The notes under the pieces were generated by a model, which ran no database searches, was not told the origin of the DNA, and saw nothing but the letters and a program-made list of their open reading frames with translations. DNA of 64,000 nucleotides from Lingula anatina (taxonomy: Eukaryota > Animalia > Brachiopoda): NCBI GenBank assembly GCA_051362555.1, contig CM120641.1:23380401-23444400 (forward strand). The letters run 5' to 3'. Of the stretch, positions 24,469-36,240 are shown one piece after another. The stretch's first letter is position 1. The number at the start of each line of letters is the position of its first letter. The position numbers and the translations under genes are program-made.

Positions 24469-27400
24469 TCAGCATACATTGTCCAAGTAGGCATCATATC
24501 CAGCTTTCTGGTACATCTGTGCTGCCTGGAGGGGATCTGGAGCTTGCAGTATTCCACTCCCCACCACTAAGATGTCTAAACCCTTGCTGCCTATAGCTTC
24601 TGCTGGAGTCAGATAATGCTGTACTAGATCACTACTGCCTCCTTCCAGCTTTACACCTGAAGCACATGACAGTCACAAATAAGAACAAGGCAGCAAAGCT
24701 GTCAAATGTACAGACAAAAAACAGGAAATAACTATGCACAAAATAGGCTACTGTCAATTCTGATGCAAAAATACATTATGTTAAACTGCAAATTCAACAT
24801 CAAATTTTAATTATCCAATGTAATTAAAATATGTGACAAGTTTACACTTTGAAAATGTATAACTTCCAGAAAAAGAAGTCACTTAGACTGCTTTTCCAAC
24901 TCAGACTGCATTTTAGTCCTGTATTTCTTTTTTGAAAGTTTGGCAATCATAAGTAACATGGTTTTCCCATAATGGTCATCATGGCAGCAGCACCCAATAT
25001 TGTGTTTTCTTCTATTCTGATGCAATATTACATAATGGTTAACAGCATAATGACCGTCAATTTTTAATAATAAAATATACGTATCATGGATTTTCAGAAA
25101 ATGTGACTAGCATGGGTCTTCAAGCCCGTGGAACTTCAAAGTCACACCTTGAAAATGCCAATATGTGAAAAATTAAATTTTCACAAAATAACTGTTTAAC
25201 TGGCAGTAAGAATTACCAAACAGACTGTATTTCCTTCTGAAGCTGTATTTTAGTCCCATGTTTCTTTCCTGTAAGTTTGAGAACAGTAAATGACATGGTT
25301 TTTCGTAAATGGTCATCATGGGAGCAGTGCCCAAAATAGTTTTTTTTTTTCAAATTTTGATGCAATATTACATAATGTTTAACAGCATAATGACCATCAA
25401 CTTTAATAATAAAATATTAGTATTATGGATATTCAGAAAATGTGACTAGCAAAGGTCTTCAGGCCCATGGAACTTCAAAGTCACAACTTGAAAATGCCAA
25501 AATGTAAACGAGACAGCACTGTTCTGAAATGGTTTTTTTTTCCATTTTTAACAATTTTTAACATAAAATTAACAGTTTTCTGCCATTTTTATAAGATCAA
25601 CTAAGAAAATTGATGAGATGTGAAAAATATCAATAGAACAGTGTTAAATGTCCAATTTCTTCCATTCTGAGATTCTGAACATAGTGAATGATTGAATCTG
25701 ACAAACTGCAATGATATGAGTTTATTTCCATTTTTGACACTTTATTACACAATACACGATAACAAGTTTACCATCATTTTTACATAATCAACTAATAATG
25801 TTGTAAAATTGCAGGAAATGCCAAACAAACACTTTTACGTATCTTATTAGTTCAATAATGAAACTGTTTACATGCCTAAGAATTAAATCTGAGGAAATGT
25901 GAAAAAACTGCATTTCTTTAAAATAATGGCCCGATTATGCTGATTTTTGAACTCAACCTGCGTTTTAGCAGGAATGACCACTCCTGTGAGTTTAATGACA
26001 ATTGGCCTATCTGTTTTTCTTATATTGTGTTTACAGTGTTGCATATATGCTGAAAAGTGAAAAAAAAAGCATAACTACTAAAATAGTGGCCCGATCATGC
26101 CGATTTTCGAACTTGACCTGCGTTATAGTAAGATCGATTACTCCTGTGAGTTTCATGACAAAAAGCTTATCGGTTTTCCTTGAAATGTGTTTACAGTGTT
26201 GCATATATGCTGAAAAGTGAAAAAACAGCATAACTTCTACATTAATGGCCCGATCATGCTGATTTTCGAACTTGACCTGCATTTTATGAATATTCATCAG
26301 CTCTGTAAATATACAGCCAAAAAGTAAAACTGCCTTCCACTTATCGTGTTTACAATGAAAGTGCATGGCGCCGGCGACAGCGACAGCAACGACGGCGACG
26401 ACAGACGCAGGTGATGGCAATATGTACAGACACATCTGTACATATTAACTGTACTGTTTGAGAACAGTAAGTGACATGGTTTTTCTTAAATGGTCATCAT
26501 GGGAGCAGTGCCCAAAATAGGTTTTTTTCCAATTTTGATGCAATATTACATAATGTTTAACAGCATAATGATCATCAATTTTTAATAATAAAATATTAGT
26601 ATCATGGACAAATAGTAAACGTGACTAACAAAGGTTTTTAGGCCGATGGAACTTCAAAGTCACGCCTTAAAGATGCCAAAATGTAAACAAGACTGCACTG
26701 TTCTGAAATGGGTTTATTTCCATTTTTAACACTTTTTTAACATAAAACAAAATTAATAGGTTACTGCCATTTTTATAAGATCAACTAAGAAAATTGATGA
26801 GATGTGAAAAATATCAATAGAACAGTGTTAAATGTCCAATTTATTCCATTCTGAGATTCTGAACATAGTGAATGATTGAATCTGACAAACTGCAATGATA
26901 TGAGTTTATTTCCATTTTTGACACTTTATTACACAATACACGATAACAAGTTTACCATCATTTTTACATAATCAACTAACAATGTTGTAAAGATGCAGGA
27001 AATGTCAAACAAACACTTTTACGTATCTTATTACTTAAATAATAAGGCTATTAACATGCCTAAGAATTAAATCTGAGGAAATCTGAAGAAATGTGAAAAA
27101 ACAGCATAACTTCTAAAATAATGCCCCGATTATGCTGATTTTCGAACTTGACCTGCGTTTTAGTAAGATTGATTACTCCTGTGAGTTTCATGACAACAGG
27201 CCTAACGGTTTTCCTTAAAATGTGTTTACAAGGTTGCATATATGCTGAAAAGTGAAAAAAACAGCATAACTTCTACAATAATGGCCCGATCATGCTGATT
27301 TTCGACCTGCGTTTTATGAATATTCATCAGCTCTGTAAATATAAAGCCAAAAAGTAAAACTGCCTTCCACTTATCGTGTTTACAAGGAAAGTGCACGGCG

Positions 27401-30400
27401 ACGGCATCGGCATCGGCATCGCCATCGGCATCGGCGACGACAGACGCAGGTGATGGCAATATGTACAGACACATCTGTGTCTGTACATAAAAAGAACCAG
27501 AAATGAAATGACTACTAGTAGGGATGTAACTGGGTCAGAATTCCATCTGCTGACATTGGGGGGAAATCTCTAAATCGTCAGGTACCTGTAGCATGACCTA
27601 CAGTTCAGATTTACCAAAGTCAGTGGTGAAAGAATAACTTCTAAATATAATTTCCCAATATGTCATGTCCCCTGGTCAAACTTCTTCCTATGTTCAGCAT
27701 GCAGAAAGCTAACAAAATTGACACAAGTATAAAAGGGCCCCTCATGAGATATAGTAAGAATTACAAATAATTAGCCTATCTCATGGAGAGCAACTAATGG
27801 TAGGTTTTTAATTAAAATTTCATTTTGCTTGTCATAGCAATCCCAACTAAAGCTTACCGTGAACCATGTGTACCATGGCAGGGTCTGCAGATAACTTGGA
27901 TCTACACTGGAAGCCTATGATAAAGTCCTTGTGCTTTTCTGCCATGTTCATACATGCTGGAATTCATGGAATGGATTAGCTAAGCTTTATAACATTGGGA
28001 TATGTCGTAATTTATGAAATGTTCTTAGATTCAGTACAGAACTTGAGTAACAAGAAGACTAGATTATGATGGCTTCACAATGAGATGTTTTTAATTCTTG
28101 GGTACAAAGGGTGGGGGACGGGCTGGCAGTCCTTGGATTAGGGGCTCTGAAGACGTCAGTTCAGTTCTGAACGCAGACTTTCTAACTCAAACTACACCTT
28201 TCTTAACCACAAACAACTACAGACTCACAGCTTTTAATTAAAGCTGTGACCTACTTCACAAAACTCAGTTATGTCAGGCTTCACTTACATATTGAATAAT
28301 CTCCCATAGCTAGTGTTCCCTGGACACTCATTTCAGCCACCATAACAGCAGCTCTACCTTTAGGCAAACCAACCTGAAGATATAAAGCAAATGATGATAG
28401 TCAATAAATATGGAACCTGGCAAACTCATTTAATTACATTTTCGATATCAAAATATTTGGATATAATTTCTTTTCAATTTTATCACTTACTAGTTTCAAT
28501 TCCACCAAGTCAATACTGTGAATATTAAAGTTGCTTTAAACCTTTCAAGAAGTGAAAGATATATATTTTGCATCTTTCAGGATGTTGATTTAGTTTCTAA
28601 GTACTCCAACACATTAAAGATATGATAACTGGATTTTGTTTCCTCTCAGTCCTACCAAACTCATGGACTTTTGCCTTTATCTGTGTACCTGTTTCAATTC
28701 CTCCAGCATAGCTCCTCCCACTACCGCATGTGCATTGACCAGATCTGCCCAGTCCACTATTTTGTATGCACCACCCCCATACTGCTCCTTCACTATACCT
28801 ATGTCTGCAAATTTCCTGAAGAGGAAATGAATTTGTCCCTTACTTCTGATTAATTTCAAGCAATTTTACAACAGATGCATTAATTCAAACTAGCACAAGG
28901 GAGATTCAAAGTGTTTCTTTAATAATAAAGTTCATAAATACCATATGATTGTTATACTAATGAGTAAAACAGATATTAATCATAAATAAATTCAAAATTC
29001 TAGTAAAATAAATTGAAATATTTTTTCAACAAATGTTACTTTCTGAAAAACTCACACTGCTTAGTTTCTATCTTTCACCCATTTAGTTTAAACATCACAA
29101 CATGAAAAAATACAAACCTATCTTCAAATATCAGGAAGTTGAGATTGTTTGCCAGATCTTTCAGTTTTACTACAAAGTCACTACTGAAGTCCACTAAAAT
29201 GTCAGCATGAATCTTAAGGATACAAATACATGATCCAACTTTTGCTGCAAACTAGAAAAAAAATCACCATACTTATTTTATTTTGGATAGGGATTGCTAT
29301 TCTATTTAAATTTTAACTGAAAACTATATCATTTATTTTAAATTTATATCAGAAATTACTTAACTTTTGTCCTCTACATCACATTGCATAATTTCATCCT
29401 ATTATACCTGTAATATTGCATCAGTTGATGTGAGATCTGCGGAGAGTGCCAGATTAGTTTTCTTCATATCCATGATTTCAAATAACCTCCTCCCCACTGG
29501 ATTGCTGCTTATATCTGCCCTGGACTTATACGAGAGCAACTGAAAAGGAAACATTACATCCAACTGATTTGCTCTGAAATTTATATTATAACATATCTTA
29601 CAGTAGAACTTCAGCCTTCACACTTACTAGTTATAGAATTATTGCATGATTGTGTATAAAACTCACAGATGTATGAAAAAGCAGCATAATGAAAATAAGA
29701 AGAAGAATATATGTTGAACAAATCTTCTTCAGCACTAATTGCTTCAATAATATTCAAATATAAGCATAGCTAAATAAGAAACTGTCACATTTCCCTTCTT
29801 TTTCTTACTCCCCAAGGATTAAACTGCTTTTCCTCCCTTACATTTACCTGTCTATTCTTATTCCCTGAGGAGTAACCCGTATTTTCTCTCTTACTGTCTA
29901 AATTCCTGGTATAAGCTGTCCCATCAAACCTGTTATCACTCAGGTACCTTTTGGTGGTGTCTATGGTGGCCCTGGAGATCTTCCCTGCTGCCTCCAACAC
30001 TTCAAATGCCTTAGAGATGGTTAGAACACTGACAACATGTAACAAAAATAAGTTATGATGAATATTTAACACTATTGTTATTGAGCGTATTCCAATTAAG
30101 GTCTGTAAATTTCATATCAAATATAATCAATACATTTCATAACAATACTGTAAGAATATACTAAATATTAGGTGTTCTTACCAATAAACATTTGTTCCAG
30201 TAAGAGCTTTTATTCTCTCAACTCCTCCCTGTTCTCTGTCAAAGAATGCCACAACATCAGCAACAGGAAGTCCTTCTTGTTCAAAGTACTAATATTCAAT
30301 ATGAAGAAAATTTTGATAAATTACATATAATATCAATTAAGCATTATAGAAACTAATTATCATTGCTTTGGTCCATTCCATAGTGTTTTGATTAACTCTT

Positions 30401-33400
30401 CCCATCATAAAATCTCCCCCCATCACATATATTATATATTATACAGCTTTCCACTTTCCACTTTAAAAAAGAGAAAGAACTGCACATACAATTACCTCTC
30501 TTGAACTCGACTGCTAGTAGCAGAAGTGGCATTAAATTTTTAAGAGGGAAAAGATGTTACAAAGGAAAAAATTCTATAAACTACTCTCTTGTTTTATAAT
30601 ACATAAAACTTGTCTAAATGTATAGACATATTTACACACTGACAGTTTAACTCTATTTAAGGGCTGTATATTATCAAACAATAATTGGCTTGACAAAACA
30701 TGCTTGCCTTAAATTTGTAAAAAATAAAAAAAAAATAATAGTAATAATAATAATAATCCTGTACAAAATAATGTCAACTCACATCAATTGTTTCCAGCAG
30801 TGCTCCTCCGGTCATCACTACATCATCTACTATCAAAATACGATCCCCATCTTTGTAATGTCCCTCTAAAGTTTTCTTTGTTCCGTAAGACTTCTGCTCT
30901 TTTCTCTTCAACAGCATTGGGACATCATACGCTGTGGAGATGTACTGAAATACAACTAAATTCTAATTTCATCAAGGACCACTTAAAATATCCAGTTTTC
31001 CCCAAAAAATATTTAAATATTGTTTTCTGTATCATCTACTTTTAAAGAAATGTTTCACACAGCTTGGTCACATAAATCTTAAAATTATTTCAATCTATCA
31101 ACTCTAATCAAGGTGAACAACTACTCCAATAGATAGTATACTTACAGATGCCAAGGGCAGGGCTGTGTATGGCACACCTACTATTATGTCATATTTACTC
31201 TTCACTCTCTCTACTTCTTTCCACATCAACTCACAAATGGATGACTGAAAAAGGGAATTATAAAGTAATATAATGTTATAAGAAATTGCTGTTTTATCTT
31301 AGACTTCAGCACACTTCTGCTGAAAGGCAAAGGTGGAAGGGTATATATCACCTTATGACTGTTTAATACTTCATACTATTGTTATTAGATGGTCAACCTG
31401 GTTAAAAAACTAAACTTGTTTACTACCCACTAATATAACACCTCTACACACACATGCCAAGATGCTACTACTACACAATTTGCAGTGTAACATGGGCTTT
31501 GATTAAAGGATCTGGATACATTCATCATGTTCTTTCGAGTTCATTGGTTAAGATGTATTTTCATTTTTTCTTTCATCTGCATGCTTTTAACATTAAACTA
31601 TTCAGCTCATAATTTTATAATGAATTTAAGTTTCTTCTTTGTTCTAATAGCATTCATAAATACATTCAAAGTTAGTCCCTGTTTTTTTTTCTAAAAAGTT
31701 TGTTTTTTTGTTAAAATCTCTTAAGAGAATATAACAGAGTATAGCCATCAATGGAGGTCACGTGGTCTGAAGACAAGCTCAGATATCAGAATAATAGCTT
31801 TAACTGCTGTTTTTGTTGTAAAACAAAATATATTATATTTCTATGAGTTATTCACAATGTTTTTATTGTGAAATATAGACCTCATACGAAGAGTTATTAT
31901 CCCTTTAAGAAGGAATTGTTTTCATCATCTGTTAATGTGCAATATGGGCATTTTCTACATACTAGATGAGTTTTTGGCAGGCATGTCTTTCATCTTCATT
32001 TTTAAGGCATTTGAGAAGGAAATGTTTTGTGCAATATGGATATTTTCTACATTGTAGAGGAGTATAAGGAAGGCTTTCCTCCCCTCTTTTTTCAATGTAT
32101 ATTTGGAATTGTGATCACAGATTTTGCTATTGTGCCTTTGTTTGATGAGCTTTGGTTTATTTTCAAAATCATAAAGACTTCTTTGTGAATTTGCAAGATG
32201 TGTTTGGGCGTATTCCCAGAGCTTTTAGATCGATCTATCCCCGCAGGGAGTCTCACTAGATTACTGTCAGATAATCCGGCTTAAATGTCCGTCCCGCCTA
32301 CTACAAGCTGTAAGGGGATAATTAACTTTCGTGCCCGCTTGGCTGACAGCTATCTATCGTGAACCCCCAGGGAGTTAGGTCGATCTAAAGTAGATCGATC
32401 TAATCTCTGGGAATGGGGTGTAAGTTACTTTGATTTTTGTTGATTCCTCCCAAAAATTAATCTTAAATGTTATTTTTTAATTAATTTCAAATTCTAAATT
32501 GGAGATTCTAAGGAGGTTAGGCAGTTTACTGGCTTTTAAAGTTTAGCCTCTGCTGTGTGTTACTTTTTTTCGCCCTCATCTTCTATAGGTTAATTATACC
32601 AGCCATGTCTCACGATCTCTTTAATTAAGGAATAATTTTTTCATAAGAAAGTGTTAGATAACAAAACCACTGAAAAATTAGTACATGCATTTATATCATC
32701 AAGATTAGATTACTGCAATAGTCTCCTCTTTGGTATTTGTGACTATCAGATTAAAAAGTTACAAGTTATTCAAAACTCAGCTGCAAGACTGGTTTGTCAA
32801 ATTAAGTACAATAGTACACACCATATCACTCCCATTCTGAAAGAATTACACTGGCTGCCTGTGAAGCAGAGGATTGATTTTAAAGTACTCTGTATTATTT
32901 TTAAGGCGATCCATTCACAAGGACCATTATATTTATCTGATCTTATCTGTTTTAACTTACCACGGCGGTCCACGCGTTTTAATACTGAGAATGATTTTAT
33001 TTTAGAACATTCTGTTTTAGAGAAGGGGTGCCTAAAAAGTTATGGAGATCGTGCTTTTATAATCTACGCCCCAAGAGTGTGGAATGGTCTACCAAATTTT
33101 ATTAGGAAAACAGAAGACTTTGACAATTTTAAATCTCTTTTAAAGACCCACTTTTTTAATTCTGTCTATATCTCTTAGATTTTATTTTAATATATATATG
33201 TTTTTTTTTTTTAATAAGATTGATTTTTAGTAGTGTAAATTTTAAATGGTTTCCAATGAGAGTTTATGATTAAAATATTGTAGTCATTTTAATGATTTTA
33301 GTATATTAGCCATTATTGTAAGGCGCCTTGAGATAGAATGTAAGGCGCCATATAAGAATCTTATTATTATTATTATTATAATAATGATTTATCTGCAATT

Positions 33401-34725
33401 CAGGCTGTATCTCTGGGTCATTTTTATAGATTTGCTATTAATAATAACACGGTGCCTCCCAATCCTGCCTATATTATTATTACGCACGCTTGCAGACTTC
33501 TTCATTCCAAGCCTGCACATAAGGTTTGCCTTAGTATCTAAGATCGCATTCACAACGAGTTGAGCCAGGCTTTACAAATCCTGGAACTAAATATGGCGGA
33601 CGTACATGAAAGAAAAACCGCCTAATCTTTTAATAGTCTCTCTCTGCCTCTCACACGCCTCCCCACACGTCGGCCCTGCGGGGTACAGTAATTAAATGTC
33701 GGCTCCGTTCACCATGCGGAAGCTACCTGGGAAATATTAAGTGCACATGCTCATTGGTCTTGGGTCAGCTGATCAGCTAGTTCCCCTTCATCCGAACAGT
33801 TCGATCAGGCGTAGGGAACAAGGCAAACATCAGCATCAGAACGAACTGCGCCCTCTGACGAGACTGCATACGCAAAAATTCTGCCCTCCTCCTCTGTCTA
33901 CGGGGCTGGGTATCTCCGTGAATATCTCCGTGAATATCTCTGGTGACTTTACCTCCGTAGATAGCCAAGTCATTGCTGCTCTACAGACCAATTCATTTCT
34001 TTTTTGTCTCTGTTTTGAAAGATAATAGAACAGAAGAGCTTTTTTTCCTTCGATCGCCTCCAGCCGCCATGCTTTCTTCACCTCGAGTTTAACTGATGAG
34101 CATGCGCACTAAATATTTCTCAGGTACAGTAGCTTCCGCATGGTGAACAGAGCCGAGATTTAATGACTGTACCCCGCAGGGAAGACGTCTGGGGAGGCGT
34201 GTGAGAGGCGGAGAGACTATTAAAAGATTAGGCAGTTTTTCTTACATGTACGTCCGCCATATTTAGTTCCAGGATTTGTAAAGCCTGGCTCAACTCGTTG
34301 TGAATGCGGTCTAAGATAAGTCTTATTGGATTCTAGATTTATAATTATTTTTGTTTAACAGGTGTCACTCAGGGGCCGTAGCGATAGTCCGAAGGTTCAA
34401 TAGTCCGAAGGTTCATTGGTCCGAATGTTCACTATAGAACCTTCGGACCAATGAACCCTTGATTAAAAAATCGATGGAAATGTTACCACTTTTCGGACCA
34501 ATGAACCTTCGGACTATCGAGACGCCCCCGTCACTCACGACGACAGTTTAAACACAGATCACAGATCGTTTCCCTCACCGTCAGTTTTGGATATGAACAG
34601 ATTACGCGCATGTCGATATAAACTGGGGTTTGCTCGCCAGTCCTCATTGTGAAGTTTCCAAATTTTAATCCCTGGACCTCAAATAAATGTATTACAATCT
34701 CGTCAATGCTCAACATGCCCGCCAT
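24469..34725 (-). CDS. UMPS: Uridine 5'-monophosphate synthase-like (OPRT + OMP decarboxylase), divergent
   Basis: 11 exons: 34725-34579, 31244-31146, 30944-30783, 30288-30182, ~30027-29809, 29539-29408, 29251-29118, 28816-28689, 28373-28289, 27957-27858, 24656-24469. Motifs: [91 protein letters not shown]. Confidence 0.92.
24680..27492 (-). mobile_element. Two tandem inverted copies of the HINE-like element in the last UMPS intron
   Basis: Copies about 24680-26445 and 26448-27492; each ends in a ggcgac/ggcatc microsatellite and tgtacagacacatctgt palindrome, with fewer 161-bp monomers than the 3108 copy. Confidence 0.75.
32206..32420. mobile_element. MITE (~215 bp); second copy at 58053-58275
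   Basis: TIRs attcccagag...tagatcgatcta / tagatcgatctaatctctgggaat; core ggggagtctcactagattactgtcag shared with the 58 kb copy. Confidence 0.75.
32641..33380 (+). mobile_element. 5'-truncated L2/CR1-group LINE (ORF2 C-terminus, 3' UTR, (TTA)n tail)
   Basis: ORF 32651-33178 has [70 protein letters not shown]; simple-repeat tail at 33360-33380. Confidence 0.9.
33542..34311. mobile_element. PIF/Harbinger-type non-autonomous element with ~210-bp TIRs
   Basis: gatcgcattcacaacgagttgagccaggctttacaaatcc... mirrored by ...ggatttgtaaagcctggctcaactcgttgtgaatgcggtc; TAA on both flanks. Confidence 0.85.
34372..34529. mobile_element. Palindromic MITE with 15-bp subrepeats and 8-bp target-site duplication
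   Basis: Ends ggggccgtagcgatagtccgaaggttca / tgaaccttcggactatcgagacgccccc; direct repeat gtcactca at 34364-34371 and 34530-34537. Confidence 0.85.
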
Positions 34726-35244
34726 GATGGAAACAGCACCGCAGGTCAAGAGAAACTAATGTCATTTTTAATATAAAAAATATTAGCCGTTTAGAAAAAT
34801 ACTCTTAATGTTCAAATATGATTTAAACTTTAAAAGAAATAGTATTAATAGGTATTGCTAATTTTAATTTAGTCTTTAAAACATAGGGCACGATTTAATA
34901 TAGTACAAAATATGAAAATTTACTTACTAAAATGTTCTGTGATGGTTGCATCAGACGCACGCTAAGTAATAAGAGAATACATATTTCTGTGATTTACAAC
35001 AAATATTCTAAGACTTTTATTATCCAAAAATGATTTACTGTGTTTTGCGACAAAATGCAATTTATGAATATACTAGGCATATTCTAAATATTACTTTGAT
35101 TCAATTTTTCTTTTTTTTCTCTGTGTCGTTTGTTTGAATTTACATTGCGCTACTATTACTATTTCACAGAAATCTTGCATGATCATCATCATTTCGTTTA
35201 TTTTCTTCCTTATCGCTGACTATTGATCTTCAAGGGAGGTGTAG

Positions 35245-36240
35245 ATGGACACAGGGCTCATTGTGGGAATGGTGTTGTTAGGCTTGTTTGGTGGATACCT
35301 TATTACATCAGTTTTACTCCTTAAATATCCATTGATACTACATAAGCGAAAACAACTGAAGTTCAGATGTCGGCATATCTGCCACCGAGGGGGAGCGGGC
35401 GAGAGACTAGAAAACTCCATGTCAGCATTCAAACACGCGTGTCACATAGGCACTGATATGTTGGAAATTGACTGCCACATTACTAAGGATGGACAGGTCG
35501 TGGTAACGCATGATAATAACCTGCACAGATTAACAGGCTGTGACGTTTTAGTTTCCGAAACGAATTACGAAGATCTTCCACTTCTGAAGCCAGAGCTCCG
35601 CTTGGACTTTGACTTTGGGTGGGTGACCCGGTGTTCATCTGACAATGAAGAAGACGACTTAGGGCAACGCCGTATAACACTTCTGCGAGAAGTATTTGAG
35701 CAATTTCCAAACACTGTGGTGAACATTGACATTAAGGTGGACAATGACGAATTAATACAAAGTGTGGCCAATTTGATATCAGAATTTAACAGAGAGAGCC
35801 TGACTGTTTGGGGGAATAAAAGTGGAGTGGTTACAAATAAATGTTATACTGCAAATCCCAACATTCCAGTTTTAGCATCAATTGGGACTGTTGTAAAATG
35901 GGTTATTCTGTTTTACACAGGCCTCCTTCCTTTTATTCCTATTCGAGAGGCTGCCTATGAGATTGTCATGCCCAGTGTCATATTGAAAGAGGGGAAGACA
36001 AGGTTCCAATTGAGTACAAAGCAGAGAGCACTACTTAAGTTTATTGACTGGCTGTTGATGAGCAAACAAATGATTCAGCATTTATCAGAAAGGGGGATAC
36101 AAACGTACATCTGGGTGTTGAATGAGGAAGATGAATTTGAGAAAGCATTCCAACTGGGAGCTACTGGAGTCATGACAGACTTTCCCACAAAACTCAAACA
36201 GTATCTGGAGCCAGGGCATGTTTTGGACAACAAGACATAA
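35245..36240 (+). CDS. GDPD1: Intronless lysophospholipase D, GDPD1/GDPD3 family (331 aa)
   Basis: N-terminal TM GGYLITSVLLLKYP, HRGGAGERLENS, GTDMLEIDCHITKDGQVVVTHD, NIDIK, WVLN, GATGVMTDFPT. Confidence 0.93.
   Translation: MDTGLIVGMVLLGLFGGYLITSVLLLKYPLILHKRKQLKFRCRHICHRGGAGERLENSMSAFKHACHIGTDMLEIDCHITKDGQVVVTHDNNLHRLTGCDVLVSETNYEDLPLLKPELRLDFDFGWVTRCSSDNEEDDLGQRRITLLREVFEQFPNTVVNIDIKVDNDELIQSVANLISEFNRESLTVWGNKSGVVTNKCYTANPNIPVLASIGTVVKWVILFYTGLLPFIPIREAAYEIVMPSVILKEGKTRFQLSTKQRALLKFIDWLLMSKQMIQHLSERGIQTYIWVLNEEDEFEKAFQLGATGVMTDFPTKLKQYLEPGHVLDNKT

Noticed and set aside
24469-34725. UMPS as a pseudogene
   Set aside because: All 11 exons join in frame with canonical splice sites and the core catalytic residues are kept.
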